A stretch of DNA of 63,255 bases from Candidatus Woesearchaeota archaeon (GCA_964354405.1 CAYGZP010000001.1:272879-336133); one strand, 5' to 3'. Counted from the stretch's first letter, positions 39,519 to 49,420 are shown. The notes: a model not told the origin generated them from the letters alone. Numbers and translations: made by a program.

Positions 39519-42437
39519 TTAAACTTTTAAGGTGAGAATCTTGCTGATTCCTTCTTGCATGCTTGTTCCATACAACCTGTCTGCATTGTTGATTATAGCG
39601 TCGTTGTGCGATATGATGATGCATTGAGAACCTTTGACATTGCCCCTCAAGATAGTTGCAAGAATCTCGCTGTTCCTCCTGTCTAACGCAGGATCGATTT
39701 CATCGAAGATATAAAAACAATAAGGCTTGTATTTCTGTATCGCGAACATGAGCGCGAGAGCCACAATAACTTTTTCTCCTCCTGACAACGCATCCGCGCT
39801 TCTCTCCTTGCCCCTGGCAATCTTGATAATGATGTCCATGCCTCCTGCAAAAGGATCTTGTTTGTTCTCAAGCTCCAAGAAAGCTCTGCCTTTGTTGCTT
39901 AGCGAGACAAAATTGTCGCTGAATGACGAGTTTACAGCATTGAACGCCTGCATGAAAGCTTGTTTCTTTTTCTTGTCAACCTCTGCGATTATTTTTAATA
40001 TCTCTCCTTTCTCCTCCTCAATCTTAGCAGCTTTCTGCGCTATTTCATCATACTCTGCCTTAATCTTGTCATAAACCTCTAATGCTCGCAGATTGACAGA
40101 GCCCAGTGTTTGCAGAATCTCTTCATGTTTTTTTAATCTTATCTCAAGCTCATCAATTCTCATTGAAACAATCTCATTCTCTACAACATTATACTCCTTA
40201 AACTCCGCGTCCAAAGAACTTGTTTCAGCTTCTAATCTAGCTTTATCGATTTTCAGATCGTTAAATTGCATCTCATTGATGCTTCTGCTTGTTTGCTGTT
40301 CATTTATGGAAGTCTCGTTCTGGTGTATTAAATCCTGCAATTTCTGTTTCTTGTCTATGCTGTTCTTGAATTTCTTTTCAATCTCCGAGGAGTCTCGCTC
40401 TTTTATCAGAAGCTCTTTCTGCTTTACAGTTAAATTTTTCATGAATTCTTTCAACTCAAACTCTAGCTCGAGCTTCTCCTGCCTTGCTCTTTTGATAATC
40501 AGATTACTGTTCTCTATCTCCCGCTTTTTTACAGTCATCTCAACATTATAATCATGCTCCTCATAAATCGGCATGTTTAACTTTATTTTCATCAATGTCT
40601 CTTGTAGTTTCTCAAGCTTAGCTTTCTCTTTGCTGTAGCTTTCGTCAATGAATTCAGGACTTTTCAGAGTTTCCTTCAATTCTTTAATCTCTTCATTTAA
40701 TCTTGAAAGGTTTACAATTATATTCTCCTGATCAATCCTTAATTTTTCTTGTTCTGTCTCTTTAATCTTTATATTATGAGTTATTTCAAGAGCTTCATGA
40801 TACTTTCTCTCTTGCTCCACGAATTTAGCAATTTGTTCCGCGATGTTCTTTGCTTCTTTTTTTATTGCAACTTGGCTTTTCTCTCTTTCTTTCTTGTCTT
40901 TCTCAAACAATCCAACAGCTTCTTTCAATTCTTTCATCAGAGCTTCTTTATACTCTTTAGTCAATGCCTGTTTGCACTTAGGGCATTTATTCAACTCGAG
41001 CACTGCTGAGATGTCTTTCTCATGAATTTCTTTTTTAGTGAGAATTCCAAAAATATCTTTCTCTATCTTATGGATCTCTTCCTTAATATCATCGAGCTTC
41101 TTTTCATGCGCGCTCTTGCCCTGCCTTATCTCCTCGATATTTGCCTTGGAGCTTGTTTTAATCAATGTTTTTATCTCTTCCTTGATTTCAAAGAGCTTCT
41201 TGTCGATTTCTTTCAACTTTACATTGTTTTCGCTTAGCTGGAAATCTTTCTTTGAAATCTCTAATTTTGTGAGATTGTAATTTTCCCTTTCAGCCTCAAT
41301 CTCGCTCATCTTTTGTTTTATCTCTTTAATCTCATTATTGATTTCTTCAGCCCTCTTGGAATCTTTCTTCACTTCTTCCTTGTCATAGCTTTGAGATTGC
41401 CTCTCTAAAGCGCTTAAATCCTCATAAAGTGTTTTCAATTGCTCTTTGATGTGCTCGCTTCTTTTCTCCAAGTTGACTATCTTGTCATTAGTGTTCTCTT
41501 TCTTTACATTCAGGCTCGCGAGCTCTGTTTTAAGCTCAAGAATAACCCCGCGCAGCTTGTCCTGCTCAATTCCAGTCTCATTTTGCATCTCTTGCTCTAT
41601 TTTTTTTATCAAGTCTATAGCCTCGCTAATCTTGCTTTTGAATTCCTGCTCTTTCAATCTTAATTTTTCGATTATCTTTGTCCTTTCCCCTATCTCCTCA
41701 TCGACTTTGCCAAGAGCTTTCTTCTTTTCCTTTATCTTCTGCCATATGATAGAAGCTTTTTCAACCCCGACACTTTTCTTCAAATTCTGATATTTCAATG
41801 CCTGAGCTCTCTCGCTCTCCAAGTTTTTTAAATAAGAACTCCTTTCATTCAATATTGTCTTGACTTCTTTCAGCCTTTCATCAGTTTTTTCAAGTTCATG
41901 CAAGGATTTTTCCTTCCTTTCCTCATAAATGCTTATCCCCGCAGCTTCCTCAATAATCTTTCTTTTGTCTTCAGAATGCATCGCTATAATGCTGCTTATC
42001 TCTGCCTGTAAGATTATGTTAAAACCTTCAGCATCAATTCCTGCCTGTGACAGCAATTCAAGCATCTCTTGTCTTGTCTTTGTATCATCATTTATCTTAT
42101 AAACACTTGTTCCATCTCTTCTTACAATCCTTGATATAGCTACTTCCTGAGCAGGCAGCGCGAAAACCCTGTCAGCATTGTCGAAAACCATGCTCACTTT
42201 GGCATTTTGAGCTGGCTTATATTCCTTGCCCCCATCATAGATAAAATTAGCAGCCTTGGTTGCTCTCATAGTCCTTACTTTCAAGCGCCCCAGAACAAAA
42301 CATATTGCATCAGCCAAGTTGCTTTTGCCCGCCCCATTAGGCCCGACAATGACATTCATGCCCCTGTCAAAAACAATATCAGTTGGCCTGGCAAATGACT
42401 TAAAACCATGTAAATGCAATTTCTTGATATAAACCAT
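39519..42437 (-). CDS. smc: Smc-family chromosome segregation ATPase with central CxxC and no recognisable hinge
   Basis: GFKSF, GPNGAGKSN, NIILQ, GSVNLRALE, LSGGEK and FYIFDEIDPALD heads; CPKC at residue 485 of 972. Confidence 0.85.
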   Translation of the reverse strand: MVYIKKLHLHGFKSFARPTDIVFDRGMNVIVGPNGAGKSNLADAICFVLGRLKVRTMRATKAANFIYDGGKEYKPAQNAKVSMVFDNADRVFALPAQEVAISRIVRRDGTSVYKINDDTKTRQEMLELLSQAGIDAEGFNIILQAEISSIIAMHSEDKRKIIEEAAGISIYEERKEKSLHELEKTDERLKEVKTILNERSSYLKNLESERAQALKYQNLKKSVGVEKASIIWQKIKEKKKALGKVDEEIGERTKIIEKLRLKEQEFKSKISEAIDLIKKIEQEMQNETGIEQDKLRGVILELKTELASLNVKKENTNDKIVNLEKRSEHIKEQLKTLYEDLSALERQSQSYDKEEVKKDSKRAEEINNEIKEIKQKMSEIEAERENYNLTKLEISKKDFQLSENNVKLKEIDKKLFEIKEEIKTLIKTSSKANIEEIRQGKSAHEKKLDDIKEEIHKIEKDIFGILTKKEIHEKDISAVLELNKCPKCKQALTKEYKEALMKELKEAVGLFEKDKKEREKSQVAIKKEAKNIAEQIAKFVEQERKYHEALEITHNIKIKETEQEKLRIDQENIIVNLSRLNEEIKELKETLKSPEFIDESYSKEKAKLEKLQETLMKIKLNMPIYEEHDYNVEMTVKKREIENSNLIIKRARQEKLELEFELKEFMKNLTVKQKELLIKERDSSEIEKKFKNSIDKKQKLQDLIHQNETSINEQQTSRSINEMQFNDLKIDKARLEAETSSLDAEFKEYNVVENEIVSMRIDELEIRLKKHEEILQTLGSVNLRALEVYDKIKAEYDEIAQKAAKIEEEKGEILKIIAEVDKKKKQAFMQAFNAVNSSFSDNFVSLSNKGRAFLELENKQDPFAGGMDIIIKIARGKERSADALSGGEKVIVALALMFAIQKYKPYCFYIFDEIDPALDRRNSEILATILRGNVKGSQCIIISHNDAIINNADRLYGTSMQEGISKILTLKV

Positions 42438-42595
42438 TTTCTCTTTTACCTTATCTTTTCTCTTACTTTGACTCTTTTATCGAATAAAAATTTGAATACA
42501 TTAAAGCCATGAAAGGGGATTATTTAAAATTTATTATAATGCAAGAATAATGTCTTTATAGTTAATTTATTAAATCTATCCCGCTTGAGGATAGC

Positions 42596-42856
42596 ATGTT
42601 TTTCAAGAAAAATAAGAATAAAGTCGAGAAAGTGAAGAAACAATATGTGAAATTTTGCCCTCGCTGCAAAAGCCTCAATGTAAAGGTGAGTAACACAGGA
42701 GGCTCGGCAGGCACTTATTTTGGCTTGCCAACTCTTTACAAATGTCTGAATTGTGGCTATGCAAACTATGCTTTTCCAGAGATAGACCTAAATGAACTAA
42801 AAAACCAAGAAGAACAAAAAAAGGAAAAAGAAAACAAAGAAGATGGCAATGATTGA
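42596..42856 (+). CDS. Small zinc-ribbon protein
   Basis: CPRC...CLNCGY. Confidence 0.7.
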   Translation: MFFKKNKNKVEKVKKQYVKFCPRCKSLNVKVSNTGGSAGTYFGLPTLYKCLNCGYANYAFPEIDLNELKNQEEQKKEKENKEDGND

Positions 42857-43781
42857 ACCAAAGCCCGAGTTTCTTGCAAGGATTAAAGAGCTACTTGGCG
42901 ACGAGACAGATGAGTATTTAAAATGGATACGAGTTCCTTTGAAACCATCAATCCGAGTTAACACACTAAAGATCTCTAAACAAGAATTAAAGGAAAAACT
43001 TGAGAAAAAAGGATGGGATATCGCTGAAAAATTTAATAATGCTTTCATAATCAAATCAAACCTGATGCCAGGAGAGTTAGGCAAGGCATTAGAACATCAA
43101 CTCGGCTATTATTATGTTCAAGAGCTAAGTTCAATGATGCCTCCAATCGCGCTCGAACCTACAAAAGAGGATCTTATTCTTGACTTGTGCGCAGCCCCTG
43201 GTTCAAAAACAACAGAGCTCGCGGCAATGCTGGAAAATCAGGGCACAATCATTGCGAACGATGTAAGAATTGACAGACTCACGGCATTAAATTCTAATCT
43301 CGAGCGATGCGGCGTGACAAACATAATAGTAACAAGGATGAATGGCATAACTCTGTGCAAAAAACTTGCAAAGTCAGGATTTCTTTTTGACAAAATTCTT
43401 GTGGATGCTCCTTGTTCAGGCGAAGGAACGATTCGCTCAAGCCAAGAAACATTAAGAATGTGGAATTTGAACATGATTAGAGGCTTAGCAGCTCTGCAAA
43501 AGAAACTTGTAGCAGTTGCTATAGAATGTTTGAAGCCAAATGGAATTTTAATCTACTCAACTTGTACTCACACTCCTGAAGAAAACGAGCTTGTTGTGGA
43601 TTTCGCATTGAAAAATTTTAATGTTGCTCTGGAACAAGTCTCGCTGCCCCTTAAAACCCGTCCAGGAATAACAGAATGGCAAGGACAAAAGTTAAATGGT
43701 GATATTAAACTATGCGCGAGAATATGGCCCCAAGACAACGACAGCGAGGGTTTTTTTGTTGCTAAAATAAGAAAATTGTGA
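42843..43781 (+). CDS. RsmB/NOL1/NOP2 RNA m5C methyltransferase
   Basis: DLCAAPGSKT, DAPCSGEG and YSTCT..PEENE. Confidence 0.92.
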   Translation: MAMIEPKPEFLARIKELLGDETDEYLKWIRVPLKPSIRVNTLKISKQELKEKLEKKGWDIAEKFNNAFIIKSNLMPGELGKALEHQLGYYYVQELSSMMPPIALEPTKEDLILDLCAAPGSKTTELAAMLENQGTIIANDVRIDRLTALNSNLERCGVTNIIVTRMNGITLCKKLAKSGFLFDKILVDAPCSGEGTIRSSQETLRMWNLNMIRGLAALQKKLVAVAIECLKPNGILIYSTCTHTPEENELVVDFALKNFNVALEQVSLPLKTRPGITEWQGQKLNGDIKLCARIWPQDNDSEGFFVAKIRKL

Positions 43782-43796
43782 AAAAAGGATAAAAAA

Positions 43797-43994
43797 ATGA
43801 TAGAACAAAAGTATATAGTTAGAACGCATGTCAATGGCAAATGTTATGATGAGCCTTTTAGTGATAAAGAGCTTGCAGAACACATTTATTTTTCTGATCA
43901 TCTTCATTCAGCTCTATTTATTGACAAAATAGAACTGATAGAGAAAGCAGATGGAATAGAAAAAGTAATAAAAACAAAAAATGGCACATATTGA
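43797..43994 (+). CDS. Hypothetical protein
   Basis: 65-aa ORF in an operon-like array. Confidence 0.45.
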   Translation: MIEQKYIVRTHVNGKCYDEPFSDKELAEHIYFSDHLHSALFIDKIELIEKADGIEKVIKTKNGTY

Positions 43995-44436
43995 AATCTT
44001 AAGAAGAACTGAAAAAATAAAGATAGAAGAAAAATTCAGAGAGTTTGACATAAAAATCCCTGTTCAATATCAATTTATCCAGCAGGCAAGAGACAAGATA
44101 AGGATTTTTACAGGAGATTTGGGGGTGCATGATTTGATTCGCCTTAGCAAGCTCCTGACAATTGATGCTATAGGTTTATATTTCGCGTTTATGAAAGAAA
44201 AAGAATTCAGACTGAGCTATGATGCCTCAATTCTTTATGGCGCGAGTTCTGAAAAATTCATAGAACTTGACAAAGAAGATGCCATAGCATGGCTTAGGGG
44301 CGAGGAAATTGAAAACAAGACAAAAAAGCAGGGTTATTTCTTGATAAAGCACGGCAGCGATGTCTTGGGCTGCTGCAAAGCCACTCAGGAGAAACTCATG
44401 AATTTCGTGCCCAAAGAAAGGCGAGTAAAACTATAG
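43981..44436 (+). CDS. NIP7/RsmF C-terminal PUA-like protein
   Basis: GLYF, WLRGEEI, LGC and NFVPKERR; follows the m5C MTase gene. Confidence 0.72.
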   Translation: MAHIEILRRTEKIKIEEKFREFDIKIPVQYQFIQQARDKIRIFTGDLGVHDLIRLSKLLTIDAIGLYFAFMKEKEFRLSYDASILYGASSEKFIELDKEDAIAWLRGEEIENKTKKQGYFLIKHGSDVLGCCKATQEKLMNFVPKERRVKL

Positions 44437-44503
44437 TTTGCTGTCACAACACAATAGTAACAAACAGTAAGATTTATAAACTGCTATTTCTTATGGTATT
44501 AAA

Positions 44504-45529
44504 ATGGTAGACGAAGAAACATTAATCAGACTAGTGCATAGTGCTAAAGAATTGAAAATCTTGAAAGCAATCACTCAGATAACCAAATCAAGTGATAATC
44601 TAGATGTTATCATAAGCAAGGTTATAGGCTTGATTCTGAATGAAATAGATGTCAAGATAGTCTTCTTTGTTGTTGAAGAGAACGGGCAGCTAGTTATAAA
44701 GAATACAGATGAAAATCGCCCATTAAATTCAACATTCCAGGAGCTTATCCACTTTATAGCACAGGACACAATAAAATATTCTTCTCCAGTACTTGTAAAA
44801 CAGACTAGAAAAGGAACTATAGCTGATAAATTTGGAATAAAGAGTTTCTTGAGCGTTCCTTTGATGCTTCATGAAGGTCCTGTGGGCTCGATCATACTTA
44901 TGGCCCAATACAGAAGTTTCTCTCAGGCTACATCAAAGATATTGAGCACAATTGCTAACCAGACAGCTTCTGCTGTCGAACATCTATGGTTAAAGAAAGC
45001 CATAGACGAAAAAGAAAAGAAAATCACAAAACTTTACACAAAGCTCTATACAAAAGAGACAAAGAGAGCATTAACAGATGCCTTGACAGGATTATTCAAC
45101 AAAAGATATTTCCTAGAATTGATAAACTCAAAAGTCAAATCAGGCAAAGCAATCAACTTGATAATGGTTGACTTGGATTTTTTCAAGCATTACAACGACA
45201 CTTTCGGCCACGTCGAAGGTGATGTCTTATTGAAAAATCTTGGTAAACTTGTCCAGAAGATTAAGAATGTAAAGGCAAGCAGATATGGCGGAGAGGAATT
45301 CGCGATTATAGCTGAAAGCGATGTCAATGAAGCTATAACAATTGCCGAAGACTTAAGACACGAAGTCGAGAAACTTTATCCAAAGAAATCCAAAAGGCCA
45401 GTAACAGCTTCATTAGGAGTTGGACAAAGAAAGAGAGGAGAAAGCGTAGATGAATTTATAAAGAGAATTGATGCAGCTTTATACAAAGCAAAAGAATCAG
45501 GAAGAAACCAGGTTCAAATCGCTAATTAA
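44504..45529 (+). CDS. GAF-GGDEF sensor diguanylate cyclase
   Basis: GAF (SFLSVPL); DALTGLFNKR, DLDFFKHYNDTFGHVEGD, RYGGEEF and ALYKAKESGRN. Confidence 0.9.
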   Translation: MVDEETLIRLVHSAKELKILKAITQITKSSDNLDVIISKVIGLILNEIDVKIVFFVVEENGQLVIKNTDENRPLNSTFQELIHFIAQDTIKYSSPVLVKQTRKGTIADKFGIKSFLSVPLMLHEGPVGSIILMAQYRSFSQATSKILSTIANQTASAVEHLWLKKAIDEKEKKITKLYTKLYTKETKRALTDALTGLFNKRYFLELINSKVKSGKAINLIMVDLDFFKHYNDTFGHVEGDVLLKNLGKLVQKIKNVKASRYGGEEFAIIAESDVNEAITIAEDLRHEVEKLYPKKSKRPVTASLGVGQRKRGESVDEFIKRIDAALYKAKESGRNQVQIAN

Positions 45530-45538
45530 GGAGACAAA

Positions 45539-45727
45539 ATGAAAAATATAAATAAATTTTTGATAGAGAGTTTTGCTCTCACATTAGGGATTATAGAAAC
45601 AACTGGAATGCCTATTGATGAAAAAGACAAGAAATTAATTGATTATTTTGACTATAAGAAAAAAACAAGCGATAAAGAGAAAAGTTTATTTGATGCTTAT
45701 GGCAGACCCTATCAAAAAATAAATTAG
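45539..45727 (+). CDS. Small hypothetical protein
   Basis: 62 aa with upstream SD AGGAG. Confidence 0.55.
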   Translation: MKNINKFLIESFALTLGIIETTGMPIDEKDKKLIDYFDYKKKTSDKEKSLFDAYGRPYQKIN

Positions 45728-45741
45728 GAGGAAAAAATAAA

Positions 45742-45903
45742 ATGGAAACCAAAGAACAAGAAATAAAACCAACCGAGGCTAAATATTGCATTTGGAAGTA
45801 TTTTGCAGAGAATTATTGGAATAGAGAGAATATTCATACAAAGAAATGTCTTGAATGCCCTGCAGATAAGGAATATTGTGACCTTTATACAGATAAAAAA
45901 TAA
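45742..45903 (+). CDS. Cys4 microprotein, copy 1 (53 aa; absent from ORF track)
   Basis: METKEQEIKPTEAKYCIWKYFAENYWNRENIHTKKCLECPADKEYCDLYTDKK; upstream SD AGGAGG. Confidence 0.72.
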   Translation: METKEQEIKPTEAKYCIWKYFAENYWNRENIHTKKCLECPADKEYCDLYTDKK

Positions 45904-45904
45904 A

Positions 45905-46066
45905 ATGAAAACAGAAACAGAAAATCAGAAGATGTATTGTGTATGGAAATATTTTGCAGAGATCTTTTGGAATAAAGAACTTGAGGCCACACAGAAATGC
46001 CGTGAATGCCCTGCAGATAAGGAATATTGCAATTTAGCTAGATTTATTATTAACAAAAAAAATTAA
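45905..46066 (+). CDS. Cys4 microprotein, copy 2 (53 aa)
   Basis: MKTETENQKMYCVWKYFAEIFWNKELEATQKCRECPADKEYCNLARFIINKKN; paralog of the preceding gene. Confidence 0.72.
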   Translation: MKTETENQKMYCVWKYFAEIFWNKELEATQKCRECPADKEYCNLARFIINKKN

Positions 46067-46067
46067 A

Positions 46068-46385
46068 ATGACAAATAATTTAATTGATTTAGCAAGAGAA
46101 AAAGGAAAAAATCTTTATAATTATGTAATTGGAAAAGATATTGAAGAAGAGCTTAACAAAATAAAAGGAGAATATTCTTCTTTCGCAAAAATAACATCTG
46201 GGATAACTCTTTATAGTGGAAGAATTATGCCTTGGATTTCGGCAGCTTTTACCTTGGGTTGTCTAATTCAAAGGGAATATGGATGGGCTGGCGCATTTGC
46301 TGCCCAAACCGCGATTTTCATAGGTGCAGAAAGAAGAAAAAGCAAAAAATTAAGATTCACTTTAGAAAACAAGGTCGCTAATTAA
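46068..46385 (+). CDS. Small hypothetical membrane protein
   Basis: 105 aa with a hydrophobic hairpin. Confidence 0.6.
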   Translation: MTNNLIDLAREKGKNLYNYVIGKDIEEELNKIKGEYSSFAKITSGITLYSGRIMPWISAAFTLGCLIQREYGWAGAFAAQTAIFIGAERRKSKKLRFTLENKVAN

Positions 46386-46434
46386 TTTTTCCTTTTTTCT
46401 ATAATTTTATAAATCTAATTTCTCTATGTAATCT

Positions 46435-47343
46435 ATGAACGAGAAGGAATTAGAAAAGTGGCGAGAGGCAGGCAGAATTGCTGCAAAAGTTCTCTCGTAT
46501 GCAAAAAGTCTTGCTAAGCTCGGGGTTCCTTTGCTTGAAATCTCAGAAAAAGCCGAGGCAGAGATAGAAAAACATGGCGCGAAGAGCGCTTTTCCAATAA
46601 ACTTGAGCATAAATGAAATTGCCGCGCACTATTCTCCTTTAGTCAACGACGAAGAAAAAGCCCAAGGCTTGCTTAAAATTGATTTAGGAGTGAACGTTGA
46701 TGGCTACATCAGTGATAATGCATTGACAATTGATTTGACTCCTGATCAAAAATATCGCGAACTGGTAAAAGCTTCTGAAGAAGCCCTGCACAACGCAATC
46801 AAAATAATCAAACCCGGTGTCAAACTCGGAGCAATAGGAAAAGTTATTCAAAAAACAATCAATGACAAGGGATTTGCTCCAATAGTAAACTTGTCAGGCC
46901 ACGAGCTAAAGCAATGGAACTTGCATGCAGGATTAACAGTTCCAAATTATAATAATGACAGCGAAACAATTCTGAAAGAAGGCATGGTTCTCGCTATAGA
47001 GCCATTTGCAACAACAGGACAGGGCATTGTTCAAGACGGCAAGCTGAGCGGAATTTACAAATTTCAAGAGAGACATAACACAAGAGACATGGACTCGCGC
47101 AAAATTCTCGAGTTCATAGAGAATGAATTTCACGAGCTTCCTTTCTCATCGCGATGGCTCGTGAAAAAGTTTGGAACTCGAGCTTTAATCTCATTGAGAC
47201 TTTTAGAACAGGTTAATGCACTGCATCATTTCAAACAGCTAGTGGAAAAGACAAAAGCTCCTGTCTCTCAGGCAGAAGCAACAGTTCTCGTGACAAAGCA
47301 AGGCTGTGAGATTCTGACAGTCAGCGCAGTCAACGAGAGATAA
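46435..47343 (+). CDS. map: Methionine aminopeptidase type II
   Basis: AAHY, KIDLGV.VDGYISD, NLSGH and AIEPFAT, with the type II insertion. Confidence 0.94.
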   Translation: MNEKELEKWREAGRIAAKVLSYAKSLAKLGVPLLEISEKAEAEIEKHGAKSAFPINLSINEIAAHYSPLVNDEEKAQGLLKIDLGVNVDGYISDNALTIDLTPDQKYRELVKASEEALHNAIKIIKPGVKLGAIGKVIQKTINDKGFAPIVNLSGHELKQWNLHAGLTVPNYNNDSETILKEGMVLAIEPFATTGQGIVQDGKLSGIYKFQERHNTRDMDSRKILEFIENEFHELPFSSRWLVKKFGTRALISLRLLEQVNALHHFKQLVEKTKAPVSQAEATVLVTKQGCEILTVSAVNER

Positions 47344-47392
47344 GTTTTTATATCCTAAAGAATAAATATTTTCATAAAAAGAGGCATAGAAG

Positions 47393-48289
47393 ATGAAACA
47401 TAAACTTTTCTTTGTAATGGCAGTTATGGCGCTTTTTTTAGGACTGCTTTTATTAAATGGAAATGGGTGCGTGCAGACGCAAGAGCAGAATGAAAACAAC
47501 CCTGAAGAGAATTTATCAGAAGGAAATGAAGCCCCAGAACTTCCTCAAGTCAACTATAACACCTCTAATAAATTGACTGAAATAACTTTAACAAGAGAAG
47601 TTGATGGAGGAACTGTAACACAAAAAGCAAGCTTTAAGATTACTGGTTATCTCAAAGAAATTGCTCCTGAATCAAATAGTTTGACAATGTATTCTGATAG
47701 GGCTTTTGATTTTAACCAAGGTACAGTAGAATGGTCAATGGAAGAAAGCGAGACAGATGTGGGCACTGACTGTACTTATATCACTTTAGTAACTAGCTCT
47801 GGCAAAGAGGCTATATCAAGCTTAAATGTTCCTTGGAGCACAGATGAAGGCAAGTATCCTAATGGCAGCTTAATGCATTTATCTGATTGGGGCAATTTAA
47901 AATTAACTTATAAGGAGCATGGGTTCAATTCAGAATCTGAATCCGAGTTTGCCTTGGCAGGAAAAATACTTATTCCTTTGACTGTGACTGAAAAAGTCGA
48001 GCTAAACAAGGCCAATTCGATTTGCGGCGGCTATAACTATCCAAGAACCGCAACAAGATTAGATGAGGGCAATGCAGGATTCCCTATAGTTTTATTGGGT
48101 CTTGACTTAAAAAGTTCAAATTATGCAGGTTCATTTAATGCTTTTGAGCCCTATGGTAATTCATGGGAAGGAACCATTGTTTCAGGCTACCAACACGCCA
48201 AATTCAAGAGTATAGTTGGCGGCGGAGAAGTTCCAATGCCCGGCGATGAAGCGCCCTGGGTTGTTTCATGGAATATTAATTTGCCTTGA
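47393..48289 (+). CDS. Secreted/lipoprotein-like hypothetical protein
   Basis: Signal peptide ending NGC; acidic beta-rich body. Confidence 0.65.
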   Translation: MKHKLFFVMAVMALFLGLLLLNGNGCVQTQEQNENNPEENLSEGNEAPELPQVNYNTSNKLTEITLTREVDGGTVTQKASFKITGYLKEIAPESNSLTMYSDRAFDFNQGTVEWSMEESETDVGTDCTYITLVTSSGKEAISSLNVPWSTDEGKYPNGSLMHLSDWGNLKLTYKEHGFNSESESEFALAGKILIPLTVTEKVELNKANSICGGYNYPRTATRLDEGNAGFPIVLLGLDLKSSNYAGSFNAFEPYGNSWEGTIVSGYQHAKFKSIVGGGEVPMPGDEAPWVVSWNINLP

Positions 48290-48313
48290 TGCTAATATTG
48301 TTAATTGTTAAAA

Positions 48314-49420
48314 ATGGCTTTAATCACTGAAGCAAAAAATGCAGGAAAAAAGGAAAAACAGGGCTTTAGTAAAGCAAATGTGGTTTTATCAATAATTATT
48401 ATAATTCTTTTGTTTTTTTTGCTGTCATTGCTTGTGTATGCCTTTTTCTCACTTAGGGAAATAAATTTCCTCTTGCGAGATTTTTATGTTAGTAATGTCA
48501 TTCAAAAAGCAACTAGTCAGAAAAGCGGAAATGGCTGCAGCGTATTCAACACCTTGCTTGGTAACAAGACCATAGAAATAATCCAAGATGGCAATCCTCT
48601 GCCCGGTGCAAAATGTTATTACACTTACGTTTGTATAAATGAAACAGTAGAATGTGAAGAAGAATGTGTCGAAGATAACCAAACCTGCATGAATGATTCT
48701 CAGTGCTGCTCTGGCTGCTGCAATTATATTAGCAATGGTATTTTTCAGTGTCAGCCTAAAGAACAGTGCGAAACCTGCAGAACTTATGATGAGCCTTGTG
48801 CAATAAACAATACAGAATGCTGTTCAGGCTACTGCTGCAAAAATGGAAAATGCAGGCCCATTCAAGAGTGCTGTGTTCAGGAAAATCTGACTTGCGTGAA
48901 TAGTTCTCAATGCTGTTATGGTTTGGAGTGTATAAACAGTCTTTGCGGAAGCAGAGAAGGATGCAATGAAATCAAGGAAAATTGTACTGCAAACAAGGAA
49001 TGTTGCTCTGAATGCTGCAAATATGTGGGCAATGGGATTACAGAATGTGTCCCGGCAGAAGAATGTTGTAAAGATGAAGGCAGTGATTGTAAGTATGATT
49101 CAGATTGCTGCGGGGATCTTGACTGTATAAACGAAACATGCCAGCCGCCATGTATGGAACACAATGAAATCTGTAAGTCAAATGACGAGTGCTGTTCAGG
49201 ATGCTGCCATTATTCAGACGGAACTTCAACATGCCAACCCTTATCAGAATGCTGCAAGCATGAACAAGAGCTGTGCAAATCAAATGACGAGTGTTGTTCA
49301 GGATTATTTTGCAATGACTATAGTGTATGTCAAAAATGCATTACGGGTGGCTATTCTTGTTACGATCCCGATTCCTGCTGCTCGCCTTACAAATGTACGA
49401 GCGGAATGTGTGTTCTTTAA
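48314..49420 (+). CDS. Membrane-anchored Cys-rich repeat protein (8 knottin/Dickkopf-like units)
   Basis: N-terminal TM; repeated C-x6-C-x5/6-CC units. Confidence 0.75.
   Translation: MALITEAKNAGKKEKQGFSKANVVLSIIIIILLFFLLSLLVYAFFSLREINFLLRDFYVSNVIQKATSQKSGNGCSVFNTLLGNKTIEIIQDGNPLPGAKCYYTYVCINETVECEEECVEDNQTCMNDSQCCSGCCNYISNGIFQCQPKEQCETCRTYDEPCAINNTECCSGYCCKNGKCRPIQECCVQENLTCVNSSQCCYGLECINSLCGSREGCNEIKENCTANKECCSECCKYVGNGITECVPAEECCKDEGSDCKYDSDCCGDLDCINETCQPPCMEHNEICKSNDECCSGCCHYSDGTSTCQPLSECCKHEQELCKSNDECCSGLFCNDYSVCQKCITGGYSCYDPDSCCSPYKCTSGMCVL

Noticed and set aside
45852..46029. 27-bp direct repeat as CRISPR, att site or DGR TR/VR pair
   Set aside because: Only two copies, explained by the tandem gene duplication; the differences are not adenine-specific.
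45803..46066. 87-aa ORF from the track
   Set aside because: Its 5' half overlaps the 45742-45903 gene in another frame. The true start is ATG 45905, supported by paralogy.
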